Below are positions 54,310 to 64,000 of a DNA stretch of 64,000 nucleotides, piece by piece. The notes below the pieces were generated by a model that ran no database searches, was not told where the DNA came from, and saw nothing but the letters and a program-made list of their open reading frames with translations. Origin of the DNA: an uncultured Nitrososphaeraceae archaeon (lineage in GTDB: Archaea > Thermoproteota > Nitrososphaeria > Nitrososphaerales > Nitrososphaeraceae); contig CAVXZB010000084.1 in assembly GCA_963765895.1 (NCBI GenBank), forward strand, positions 448,001-512,000, in the 5' to 3' direction. Every line of letters begins with the position of its first letter. Within the stretch, counting starts at the first letter, position 1. A program made the translations under genes and the position numbers.

Positions 54310-54474
54310 TCAACGTAGAGGTGTAAATCTGAAATCCCGCAGGGTCTGGATTCTCTGCTGTGACAGAAGTCTATTTGCGAATACTAAAGCGTTACATGTG
54401 TTGCATCGTAACATAATACGTCTAGTCTTGATAGGCTTGAGCACAGCCATAGCATTGCAAAAAAGACAATACAC
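54310..54474 (-). CDS. 54-aa zinc-ribbon micro-protein (not in the ORF track)
   Basis: VYCLFCNAMAVLKPIKTRRIMLRCNTCNALVFAN...; paralog at 46.1 kb. Confidence 0.6.
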   Translation of the reverse strand: MYCLFCNAMAVLKPIKTRRIMLRCNTCNALVFANRLLSQQRIQTLRDFRFTPLR

Positions 54475-54920
54475 ATATCATTCCCATGAGTTGATAACTG
54501 ACAATTTACTAATGTACAGTATATCATATCTAAGCTATATATAGCACCAAGAGAATTTCGCCGGATAGTCTGGTTGTTTGCTGGTTTTGTGCTGGTTTTA
54601 TGACTGCATGAGATCTTCGCCGGTCTGCCGGCGTGGACAAGAGAAAAAATCCGGTGAGCAGTATAAGATAGAAAAACTTAAGGAAAGTATGATGAGACAT
54701 GAAGTTATCGCCGGCTCCCAAAAAAAGTGCGCAAGCGATCTAAACATATTTCTGGCGTTTAATGCGTTCAGAATGGTTAGATTTCTAGATAACTCACAAA
54801 AAGGAGTAGAGCAGGATATAAGATATGTCAAACCTATCAAATTGTAAGCATCCAGGGCAAAATAAGAAGAGATCAAGCCTAGTGAACAAGACGTCAGTGT
54901 TCAGATACTTTAGTAGATAG

Positions 54921-55208
54921 ATGAAGAAACAAATGAAGAATAATGCTAAAATCATAGGATTCATAACTGGGGCATTGACCCTGGCCTTTGTGGTACAAAT
55001 ACATGATCTAAATGCAAAATCTGACCACGAATCTCAATTAGCACAAGAAGCCAGATTATTGGCCAAGAGCTTTAGAAATGATGATGCTAAAATAGGCAAA
55101 TGCAGATCCTTATCAGAAAACCCCAATTCAGAGAACGTAACTAGTTGTATTGAGAAGGCAGTAGAATCGAATAATAAAGATCTAGCACTATTGAATAAGG
55201 TCAGTTAA
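54921..55208 (+). CDS. Small secreted/membrane-anchored protein with two Cys
   Basis: N-terminal hydrophobic helix, C-x13-C. Confidence 0.6.
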   Translation: MKKQMKNNAKIIGFITGALTLAFVVQIHDLNAKSDHESQLAQEARLLAKSFRNDDAKIGKCRSLSENPNSENVTSCIEKAVESNNKDLALLNKVS

Positions 55209-55439
55209 TCTAGCTTTGAGATTGTCATCTTGTCTTTGTTCTCCCTGGAGATGTACATCTTTATCATAAAAGCATTATTCTGTTGTAATAGTTAGAAGCG
55301 ATGGCACTTAACGAGTTGATTGTCTGGTGATCTTTACCATTATACATTATTGAGATAGCTATCATATTATTCAAATATTTATCCGTGTTCATTTAGCCTC
55401 ACCTAAGGGATATATCATGGTATGACGCCTTGAAGGTTA

Positions 55440-58064
55440 TTGTCTACTTACAGATGTCCAAATTGTAATTCTTTGAACTCTGTTGATGTTAGTAAAATCT
55501 ATAATGGAGGATTAATATTTGCCTGTGGCAAATGCAGTGTTTGTGGTGTTGTTAAAGCAATTGACGATCACGATGAAGCATATTTAGAATTCTTGGATAT
55601 GTATGACAACGGACAGATCTCTAAATTACAAGATTTAGAATCTTTGTCAAATCGAGAAAAATTCTTACGTCCAAGGTCTGAAATAGAATCTTTGCTAGCC
55701 GATAATAACTTGATGGAAAATGACCTACTCAAGGCAATACTACATTCTAAAAAGGATTATGTTGTTGATTTCCGGGTCTTTCAAGAATCCGCACCCGAAA
55801 CAGGTGACGATCTTGGACTTTTACCTCTAGATGAAGGAATTATTGATGCATTACATGCGAAGAATATCGCGAGGCTTTACAAATTCCAAGAAGAGTCATT
55901 TGAGCAAATTTTAAAGGGAAACGACATTATAATTGTCGCTCCTACTGCTTCTGGTAAAACTGAAGCCTTTTGTATTCCAATAATACAAAAAATCTCTGAG
56001 GAAATTCTACATTTTTCCTCGTTGAGGTACCAAGGCTTTAAAGAAAAGGGAAAGGTGTTTGCTGTTTTTGTATATCCGACTAAAGCATTGGCACGAGATC
56101 AATTGCCAAAAATAACTCAAATCGCAGCAAATTTGGGAATAAACGTGAACATATTTGATGGAGATACTACAATGGCCGAAAGAGAGTCAATAATTAATAA
56201 TTCAGTTCCGGAAATCATTATCACGAATTTTGATGTAATTCATTATCATCTGATTAACAGGACAAGATTTTCACGTATGATTAAAAGTACGAAATTCCTA
56301 GTCGTTGATGAGGTCCATGTCTATACTGGTATATTTGGAGCAAATATTCATCATGTGATAAAAAGACTGCAAAGACTGATTAGATCATCAAGAAACGTGG
56401 AAAAACTCCAGATAATTGCTGCTTCTGCCACTCTGTCAAATCCTAAAGAATTCTGCAAACAACTGTTTGATAGAAAAATGGAAATGGTACAGGGCTTAGG
56501 CAGGAGAGGTAAAATAAACTTCGCCATCATGTTCCCGTCATTACATTCACAAAGGTCATTAATAATAGAATTACTTAAGCAGACCACTGCGAGAAAGCAT
56601 AAAACAATTGCCTTTAGCAAATCGCATTTGTCTTCTGAACTCTTGGCTTTTTATTCATCAAAGCAAGGTATCCCGATAAAAGTACATAGAGCTGGGTTGC
56701 TAACTGTGGTGAGAAAGTCTGTCGAAGAATCTTTTAAGACTGGTAAATTAATGGCTATCTCTGCTACTCCAACGTTGGAACTAGGTATAGATATTGGGGA
56801 TATAGACGTAGTAATTTCAGATATCGTACCTGTTAATAGGCTGATTCAAAGGTTGGGAAGAGCCGCAAGAAGTGGCCAGGATGGGTATGCTTTTCTTGCT
56901 TTAGGTAACGATCCAATAAGCCAATATTACAAACTACATCCTGATGATTATTTACAGGATCAAGAATTTGCGTATACTGATCCCAGTAACCCATTTGTAA
57001 TGGAGTATCAAGTTCTTGCAATGGCATGCGACAAGCCAATATCTATGTCGGAGTCGCCTTCAATTATTTCTACACTTCACAAGCTTATCTCAAAGGATCT
57101 TATCAAGTTGTCAAATGGCAAGTTCGTACCTAATTATAAAAAAGCTATGGAGGTCCTTAGAGAATTTAGTATTAGGGGGATTGGATCCAAGGTGGGGATA
57201 ACCTACAGTGGAAAATTAATAGGCGAACGTCAGATGCCTCAAGCAATAGAAGAACTCCATGATCATGCCATATATTTTTTGGCTGGAAGAAGATATCTTG
57301 TTCAAAAGCTATATTTTAGTAATAATAAGCAAGATAGTAAAATTCAACTACGGGAACAACTACCAGTGCCTTACGCGGATCTGAAATCTATTCCCTATGA
57401 CTATCCATACTATACAAAAGCAATTGTTAATGAGTTTCCTACTATTCTGGAAATTCACAATCAAAAAACCACGTTCGGTCTGGAAGTTCTATATTGCTCC
57501 TTAAGGATACAAAAGAAAGTAATCGGCTATTCAAACATAGAAGTTGGCAAAGAAGCATTACAGGGTACAAAAATTATGCTTGAAAATCCTATAGAATTTG
57601 AGTTTATAACTAAAGGATTGGTCTTTAAGGCACCTTTGCCTGAAGCCATAGCGAAATCTGCACTTGATGAGCAATATGTAGAAATGAGTGGTTACCATGC
57701 CTCAGAACATGTCATAATCGAAGGAAGCTCAATGATAACAGGAGGAGCATCTCAGGATTTGGGTGGAATATCACTTGGATCCACAGGTTTGATATTTATA
57801 TATGATGGTAGCGTGGGCGGTAATGGCGCCAGTAGAGCTCTATATGAGAAGTTTGATAAAGCGATTGCACGAGCATTAGATATTTTATCCGGTTGCCCAT
57901 GTATAAGTGAAAGTGGTTGTCCTAGATGTACTTTTTCATACAGATGTGGAAACAATAATGAATATCTGCATAAATCATCTGCTAAAGAAATATTGAATAG
58001 GATAGTGAGTGGGCAGCAAATGCAAATAGGTGATGCAACAATATTAGATAAACCTCTTGTCTGA
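55440..58064 (+). CDS. SF2 DEAH helicase with DUF1998 (Hrq1/MrfA/YprA/SftH family) and N-terminal zinc ribbon
   Basis: PTASGKT, YPTKALA.DQ, DEVH, SAT, LELGIDIG, QRLGRAAR, C-terminal CPC..GCPRC. Confidence 0.93.
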   Translation: MSTYRCPNCNSLNSVDVSKIYNGGLIFACGKCSVCGVVKAIDDHDEAYLEFLDMYDNGQISKLQDLESLSNREKFLRPRSEIESLLADNNLMENDLLKAILHSKKDYVVDFRVFQESAPETGDDLGLLPLDEGIIDALHAKNIARLYKFQEESFEQILKGNDIIIVAPTASGKTEAFCIPIIQKISEEILHFSSLRYQGFKEKGKVFAVFVYPTKALARDQLPKITQIAANLGINVNIFDGDTTMAERESIINNSVPEIIITNFDVIHYHLINRTRFSRMIKSTKFLVVDEVHVYTGIFGANIHHVIKRLQRLIRSSRNVEKLQIIAASATLSNPKEFCKQLFDRKMEMVQGLGRRGKINFAIMFPSLHSQRSLIIELLKQTTARKHKTIAFSKSHLSSELLAFYSSKQGIPIKVHRAGLLTVVRKSVEESFKTGKLMAISATPTLELGIDIGDIDVVISDIVPVNRLIQRLGRAARSGQDGYAFLALGNDPISQYYKLHPDDYLQDQEFAYTDPSNPFVMEYQVLAMACDKPISMSESPSIISTLHKLISKDLIKLSNGKFVPNYKKAMEVLREFSIRGIGSKVGITYSGKLIGERQMPQAIEELHDHAIYFLAGRRYLVQKLYFSNNKQDSKIQLREQLPVPYADLKSIPYDYPYYTKAIVNEFPTILEIHNQKTTFGLEVLYCSLRIQKKVIGYSNIEVGKEALQGTKIMLENPIEFEFITKGLVFKAPLPEAIAKSALDEQYVEMSGYHASEHVIIEGSSMITGGASQDLGGISLGSTGLIFIYDGSVGGNGASRALYEKFDKAIARALDILSGCPCISESGCPRCTFSYRCGNNNEYLHKSSAKEILNRIVSGQQMQIGDATILDKPLV

Positions 58065-58636
58065 TCGATATCAAAATCAAAATCAATTGCAATTCTAAAG
58101 TATTAGGACACTAATATGCTGTAATAATAATATCTCAGAATAAATGATATTCAATATCTTGGCAAGACAAAAAGATGCTTTGCAATGACTAAATAGCCTT
58201 CCAGTTTTTAAAGAATTACATTAATAAATACAGGCAGACACAGTATAGAATTAAGCAAATAACGTAGGGGTTTATGGAGGTCGTCAGAAAATATCAAAAT
58301 TGTATTCGTGCCTTGCGTCTCGATCTCAGAGCCGAGTTTATGTTAAGTCGTGTCTGTCCACAATGAGGATTAGTTCAATAACGAGTTGAATAGACCGTTT
58401 CTTTGATAAATAAGAATGCTATATTCAGATATAATTTCGCATAACGTAGTAGACGCGAAAGCTATCAACGCTACTATTACTCTCATTTTTGTAGATTTGT
58501 AGAATTAGGGTAATGAGAATTGGAATAAGAATTACAATGAGAATAACTGTGGTCTAACCAGTAATCTTAGATTCATTATTGTTATCGGTTTTTCCATCCA
58601 TCTATATGAATATTAGACGATTGATGAATTATTACT

Positions 58637-59095
58637 TTGATGGAGGGGTTTGCACTAAGTAAAGGGGAGGGTTCGCAGATTAACTTTCGTGGTACAAAAA
58701 TGGTTGTCAAGGTCTCTGAGGAAAATTCTGAAGGAAGGTATTCATTAATTGAAATGGTACATCCGCCGAACATAGGTCCTGCATTTCATATTCATCCTAA
58801 TGCATCTGAAGCCTATTATGTGATTGAAGGAGAGTATATAATACGATGTGGCGAAAAGATTTATCATTCCCAAGCTGGTGATTTTGTGTTCATTCCAAAA
58901 GGTGTTCCGCACAATTACCAGTCAGGTCCAAGCGGTGGAAAAGTAATTGTTATTTCACCAGCAGGTTTAGAAAAATACTTTAAGAAAATCGCAGATACTC
59001 TTCAGATTGGTAAGGTTACATGGGAATTAGAACAGGAAATTGCGCGTCGTTACGGCCAAGAATTTCTTGATAGTCTAAACCACTGGGGACAATAA
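58637..59095 (+). CDS. Cupin domain protein
   Basis: HIHPNASEAYYVIEG, GDFVFIPKGVPH. Confidence 0.9.
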   Translation: MMEGFALSKGEGSQINFRGTKMVVKVSEENSEGRYSLIEMVHPPNIGPAFHIHPNASEAYYVIEGEYIIRCGEKIYHSQAGDFVFIPKGVPHNYQSGPSGGKVIVISPAGLEKYFKKIADTLQIGKVTWELEQEIARRYGQEFLDSLNHWGQ

Positions 59096-59229
59096 TATAA
59101 AGGAATCATCTACTATCATCAGATTTTGCTGCTTTCTGGCTGCAAAAACAGGCTAACATTTGATTAGTAGGAGATCTTATCCTATATTTTTAAAGATAAC
59201 TCAGAGAATTCCTCGTATTACAAATAGTT

Positions 59230-59620
59230 TTCACCGAATTTGTTATTTCACAGCCAATCTGCGATGATTACCTCTGTCTCAATTTCAAGGTTTCTGGATC
59301 AATCAGACGACTTACCTCTGCCAATGTAGTGGGTTGAATGAATTTGTTTAAGGTACTCTGAATGCGGCTGTCCTTTTCCTAATTCTACCATCATTCCTTT
59401 TGTTTTTAATCAATTTTTGTTTTCTTGGTTTTTCCTTAATTGCAAAAATGATATTTTTTGCAGCTCCTTTTCCTTGTCTTATTGCGTGCTGAGCCGTAGG
59501 AGGATAAGGCTTTCCCGGTATTGGGATCAGTTATAGACGCACAATCACCAAGTGCATAAACACCGTCGTTATAAGGTACTTCTAATTACAATATTTTGAC
59601 ATCCAAATTGGAATATTATT
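59230..59620 (-). pseudogene. Type II NADH dehydrogenase C-terminal remnant
   Basis: GVYALGDCASITDP, YPPTAQHAIRQGKGAAKNI. Confidence 0.75.
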
Positions 59621-60281
59621 TAGTTTCCTTCTCTCTATAATGAGGAAGAATAAGTGCAAGGGCACCTAATGCAGCATATTCATTTACAAGTATTTGATAT
59701 CCTATTTTCTTCAGTATAGTTTTTTGCCATGTATATCAAATCCTTTATTGTATAGTTGGCATACATATTTTGAGACTTTAGCGATCTTTGCATCTAGTAG
59801 ATAGAGATTGAAACCAGGTTTAAGATCTGCACTGTTTTTATCTACAGGTCTGTCTGCAAGGGAAGCTGTTTTAAGAGTAACACGTTATTAAATTATTGTG
59901 TTTTCGATGGCAAATCCTGAATTTTAGCATTAGCCTGAGCAAATGCCACCATTATCTTCGTTATCGAGAGCACCAAGTTTATTAACCTAATCACTCAGAG
60001 TCTTCCGAAATCCTTAGCATTATCATTATACTCAACCACTATATGCATTTTATAGACGGATCATTATATCGAATGTTAAGTTCTATGACACATGTCCATC
60101 GTAGTTAGGACTGACCCAAATTTGCTCATTATAACGAGTCCCTACAATCATGTTCTTAATCAATTATGACCGTCTATACTATCTCTTTAATCAAGTGGAA
60201 AATACAAAATAATAGAAAATTATACGCATCTAGAGGTTATGAGTCACGGGGGATAGACGCCTTCCTAATTTTAGTAATTGA

Positions 60282-60800
60282 CTACGAGGATTCCTTTGTT
60301 TTCTCAATAGTTGGCGATTTAGTCTCTTGATGCATCTCATTATTAGTAATGTAATCTATGTTTGATGAGTTGGTAGTAGTTGATGAAACGGAAGATGTTG
60401 TTGTTTGTGGTACTGAACCATCATCAACATGAACACTGCTCTCGGGCTTTTTATCGAAGGTGAACCAAGAGTCTCGATCAGAATAATCGTCCTTAGCCAG
60501 ACCTTCACCTAATCCTGATAAAATTCCAGAAGGTATCGGTTGTGATTTGCTGAAAAGATTCGATAAACCCAATAATGCTCCAACTCCACCATGATGCACT
60601 CGTCGGTTAAAAATATAGACTTTTCCTGGGTTTTCTTGAGAATTCCAAGAAGATGTTATCAATTTGGCAATTGAAGAACCTAGTCTAAAAGCTTCTTTGT
60701 TCTTATCAGAGGATTCGTTGTCAGCCTGAGATTTCTTAGTCTCGTTCTGGGAACGGTTTCTAAAAAACATATTATAATCTTCATAGTTATATGGTAGCAT
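60282..60800 (-). CDS. Hypothetical protein
   Basis: 172-aa ORF with RVHHGGVGALL segment. Confidence 0.65.
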   Translation of the reverse strand: MLPYNYEDYNMFFRNRSQNETKKSQADNESSDKNKEAFRLGSSIAKLITSSWNSQENPGKVYIFNRRVHHGGVGALLGLSNLFSKSQPIPSGILSGLGEGLAKDDYSDRDSWFTFDKKPESSVHVDDGSVPQTTTSSVSSTTTNSSNIDYITNNEMHQETKSPTIEKTKESS

Positions 60801-61367
60801 TAGATAATAAAGATATGCTATTGATCTGTGCTGATAATTTGAGGCAATAATTTGCTTGGCGATATTGCAAACCTAATGACGATTAATATGCGTAGTCTAG
60901 AGCGTACTAGCAAATCCAGCGAATGTTTATTCGTTATATATTGCAAATTAATGTTATCTTTCACTAGCAGAATAACGAGAATTGATCACCTTGACTTTCG
61001 TATTTTCTTACATAATATCTTAGTATAGGGATATTATAGTGAGTCTTTATGAAATTTATGACCTAAGTAATTTTATAGGCAGTTCAGTCTTGGTTACGTT
61101 TAGTGCAGATTATATCAAATAGGACGCATTCATAATATGATATTAGTGAATATGTGGTCAATCACTTGTCTGTATTATGTTCTCATATGATCTGTTTATA
61201 GTTTTCAGAAGCGGTATCCGGTTTATGTAAACGTGCTTTCTCTGGGATTTTTAATGTCTACAATAAGCAAATCATCGGTAAAAACATGGATCAACACTTT
61301 CATTCTGCTGTTATTGTGAAAAGTTATGATACGAAACTGATAATAATATTAGATTCTGTTCTAACAC

Positions 61368-62138
61368 ATGTCGGATTCATTAGAGCAGCAGCAACAGCAA
61401 CAACAACCACAGACGCGATTAGGAGTGGTCACAATACATGACGCATGTCCCGCTTTTTCAACAAAGATATTCGAATTGGCTGATGAATTAGAGAGACTAG
61501 ACATAAAATTCAATATTGCATTGGTGCCATTCTTTAATGAAAAGCAAGACCTTCCTCGATTTCCTGAATTTGTTGATAAGATAAAATCCTACGACAACTG
61601 CCAAATTGTTTTGCACGGTCTTTATCATGAGTTGAAAAATGGTCAGTTTGATAACTTCCATGATACAAAAGAAGCAGATGCGGAGGAACAGATACGTGCA
61701 GGGCTAGAGATATTCCACGAAATAGGAATAAACACAGACGTGTTTATACCACCAGCATGGAAATTAAATAATAGCTCAATCAAAGTATTAGAAAAGTTGG
61801 GATTCAAATTAGCAGAAGAGCAAGAAGAATATATATTGCTACTTTCGCAAGGAGAGTTTAAGAAAATAAAGCTGCCAAAGGTTTTAAATTGGGATTCTAC
61901 TGGCTTTCCAGAAAAGAACATTGTAAACATGAGTAGAGATGAAAGAGCCTTCAAGTTGCAAACAGAAGAAAGACCACAAATTATCAGAATAGCTTTGCAT
62001 CCAAGAGACCCGGCTGAAGCAATCAAGGATCAAAAACAGATGATATCTATACTAAAGGATAGTGCTTATGAGATACCCACATATACGGAGCTTGTACCCA
62101 AGTTACAAAAATTAGCTCATTTAACAGAACTGAATTGA
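61368..62138 (+). CDS. Polysaccharide deacetylase-like (DUF2334)
   Basis: TIHDACP, LHGLYH, FIPPAW, IALHP. Confidence 0.85.
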   Translation: MSDSLEQQQQQQQPQTRLGVVTIHDACPAFSTKIFELADELERLDIKFNIALVPFFNEKQDLPRFPEFVDKIKSYDNCQIVLHGLYHELKNGQFDNFHDTKEADAEEQIRAGLEIFHEIGINTDVFIPPAWKLNNSSIKVLEKLGFKLAEEQEEYILLLSQGEFKKIKLPKVLNWDSTGFPEKNIVNMSRDERAFKLQTEERPQIIRIALHPRDPAEAIKDQKQMISILKDSAYEIPTYTELVPKLQKLAHLTELN

Positions 62139-62377
62139 AGAATAATAATAATAATCTTGTTTTATAACTAAAGATAGTAGACTATTCGCCGTCATAATAT
62201 CTATAACCTTAATAGATGCTTATACAGTTATATATTCATAGACTTTGCGCTATGTCCTTCAATACATATAGGACAAAAATATCTCTAGAGATTTTCTTCG
62301 AAAATATCTTTAGTATTGCATTATACATCTGCCAGAAGAGTTCAAACGTTATATTTTAGATAGAACGTTATTAACTA

Positions 62378-62929
62378 TTGACTGTACAAGGAAAGGGCAG
62401 GAAAAAGACTATACTAAGAACTGTTCGTCTAGATAGGCAATTAGATGAAGCTTTAGATAAAGATGCGGAGGAACACGGTATTAGTGAAAATGCGCTTATA
62501 TCTTCAATACTTGCAAAATATATTGAGTGGGATAGATATGCTGAAAAGTTTGGCCGCATTTCTTTGCCAAGTGAGGCTCTGAAAGCAATTATTGAAGCTA
62601 CCGAACAAGATAAGTTAAGAACTGCCGCCGAGGAATTTGCAGCATCAGTTCCCAAGGATTATATCATGTTTCACTACAGGAAATTAGATGTTGAGGCATG
62701 TCTTTTGCACCTGTCGTTTTTAGCTAGATATGCTGGAATGTTCAAATATGAAGTTCAGATAGAACAGGAGAGAAGATACACAGTCACAATTCATCATAAA
62801 TTTGGCGAGAAGTGGTCTTATTGGTTAGAAAAGTCCATTTCTATTGGCCTGTTTAAGAATGTACTAGGAATCCTCCCAAAAACTCATCTGAGTAAGAGTT
62901 CCGTAATATTTACGTTTTTTCTTCCGTAG
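62378..62929 (+). CDS. RHH/CopG-like DNA-binding protein
   Basis: RTVRLDRQLDEAL..DA...GISENALISSIL.KY.EW; H.FG.KWS. Confidence 0.8.
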   Translation: MTVQGKGRKKTILRTVRLDRQLDEALDKDAEEHGISENALISSILAKYIEWDRYAEKFGRISLPSEALKAIIEATEQDKLRTAAEEFAASVPKDYIMFHYRKLDVEACLLHLSFLARYAGMFKYEVQIEQERRYTVTIHHKFGEKWSYWLEKSISIGLFKNVLGILPKTHLSKSSVIFTFFLP

Positions 62930-63195
62930 CAATATACATTTGGCAACTATCAAGCCTCATTGTACCAATATGTTTTTTGGATTCGTGCCCATTAATACTT
63001 AATGAATTAGTAGATCACGGAATTATTATATCTTTGAATACCATCATGCCTCATTTTATGGCATAAGAATTACTAGTAAATTCATGAGATGGAGGACAGA
63101 TATTATTGTCACGATCTTAACGACTCGAATATTTCTTCATATATGGCCCGCTAGGCTCTTCATTTTGCATATTTTATTATCAGAGATATTATTCC

Positions 63196-63843
63196 TCATT
63201 CTTCGATCCCAATAGCGCGTATAGGTGAACCTGAAGCACCTACAAGTTTCAGAGGAGTCATTATGAGCGTAAACTTTTCATTGTTGAATCTGTATAAATT
63301 GCATAAATTTTCTATTACTAGAATTTGATTTGACAGGAGCGTATTATGAGCTATGAGTCCGCTATCAGAACCTACGTCAATGCTCGGACAATCTATTGCT
63401 ACGGCATTAACTTTTTTCTCTACTAGAAATTCCGCCGCGTCCTTTGATAAGCCTGGATTATTTTTCATATAATTGTCCTTTTCATTGATTTGCTTTTCCC
63501 AACCTGTGGATAAGACAACAGTGTCTTTTTCTTTTATCTCCAATTTAGTGTGTTTTCTTATATCATGGCTAGTAATCATTTGATTAGAATTCTTCTCTAT
63601 TTTTATGAGTATGCTATTATTACAAATATACCTATGGACTTCAATTTGATCTATTGTTGGGCCACTAGGGGCGAAATGAAATGGAGCATCCATGTGGGTT
63701 CCCGTATGAGTGCTCAAAAACACGACTTCTGAAATATATCCTTGAATCTCAAATTTTGACCATTTTAGGAACGTAGGTGATGGATATCCAGGGAAGGTTA
63801 TCATATCCGATGTGATTCCAAGTGTAAGATCAACTATTTTCAT
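63196..63843 (-). CDS. Cyclase family / kynurenine formamidase-like
   Basis: HTGTHMDAPFH, IENL, GSPIRA. Confidence 0.92.
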   Translation of the reverse strand: MKIVDLTLGITSDMITFPGYPSPTFLKWSKFEIQGYISEVVFLSTHTGTHMDAPFHFAPSGPTIDQIEVHRYICNNSILIKIEKNSNQMITSHDIRKHTKLEIKEKDTVVLSTGWEKQINEKDNYMKNNPGLSKDAAEFLVEKKVNAVAIDCPSIDVGSDSGLIAHNTLLSNQILVIENLCNLYRFNNEKFTLIMTPLKLVGASGSPIRAIGIEE

Positions 63844-63855
63844 GTTTTAGTACGG

Positions 63856-63886
<31 letters not shown>

Positions 63887-64000
63887 TCCTTTTGTCATAA
63901 ACTATCGATCTACATAAGCGCACTATCTAGATTGGCTATCGTATGAAAAGCGAAGTTCATTTTCTATTCGGTTAATTTTTAGAATTGGGCAGACTATGGA

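Noticed and set aside
55440-58064. DISARM/Druantia defence call from DUF1998
   Set aside because: Domain is fused in Hrq1 architecture; no methylase or other defence genes adjacent

Overview
AT-rich archaeal chromosomal window. The gene content points to a soil ammonia-oxidising archaeon of the Nitrososphaeraceae (inference: many stand-alone REC proteins, Lrp/AsnC, MEDS-like, PsbP-like, DUF1059, ComA-HTH, class III PhaC, C2H2 and CxxC micro-proteins). It is a mosaic accessory region. It holds two sensor-kinase/REC clusters, a stand-alone Mre11/SbcD + Rad50/SbcC pair without herA/nurA, a DUF1998 (Hrq1/MrfA-like) helicase, beta-carbonic anhydrase, a DsbA locus, an intact IS5-family element with TIRs and a 9-bp TSD, a GC-richer bacterial-like patch, and many remnants or frameshifted genes. 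The most unusual signal is a secreted Ig-like-domain protein with 3.5 perfect 294-bp repeats carrying a disulfide-capable chaplin/curlin-like motif (NVCGN...GNAVNVIG). A paralogous Ig-like gene sits beside a His-rich Ala/Gly silk-like secreted peptide 22 kb away. Together these are a candidate archaeal extracellular fibre/amyloid system. No rRNA, tRNA or CRISPR array was recognised. Many single frameshifts may be sequencing indels. All family calls are by motif recognition, not database search.
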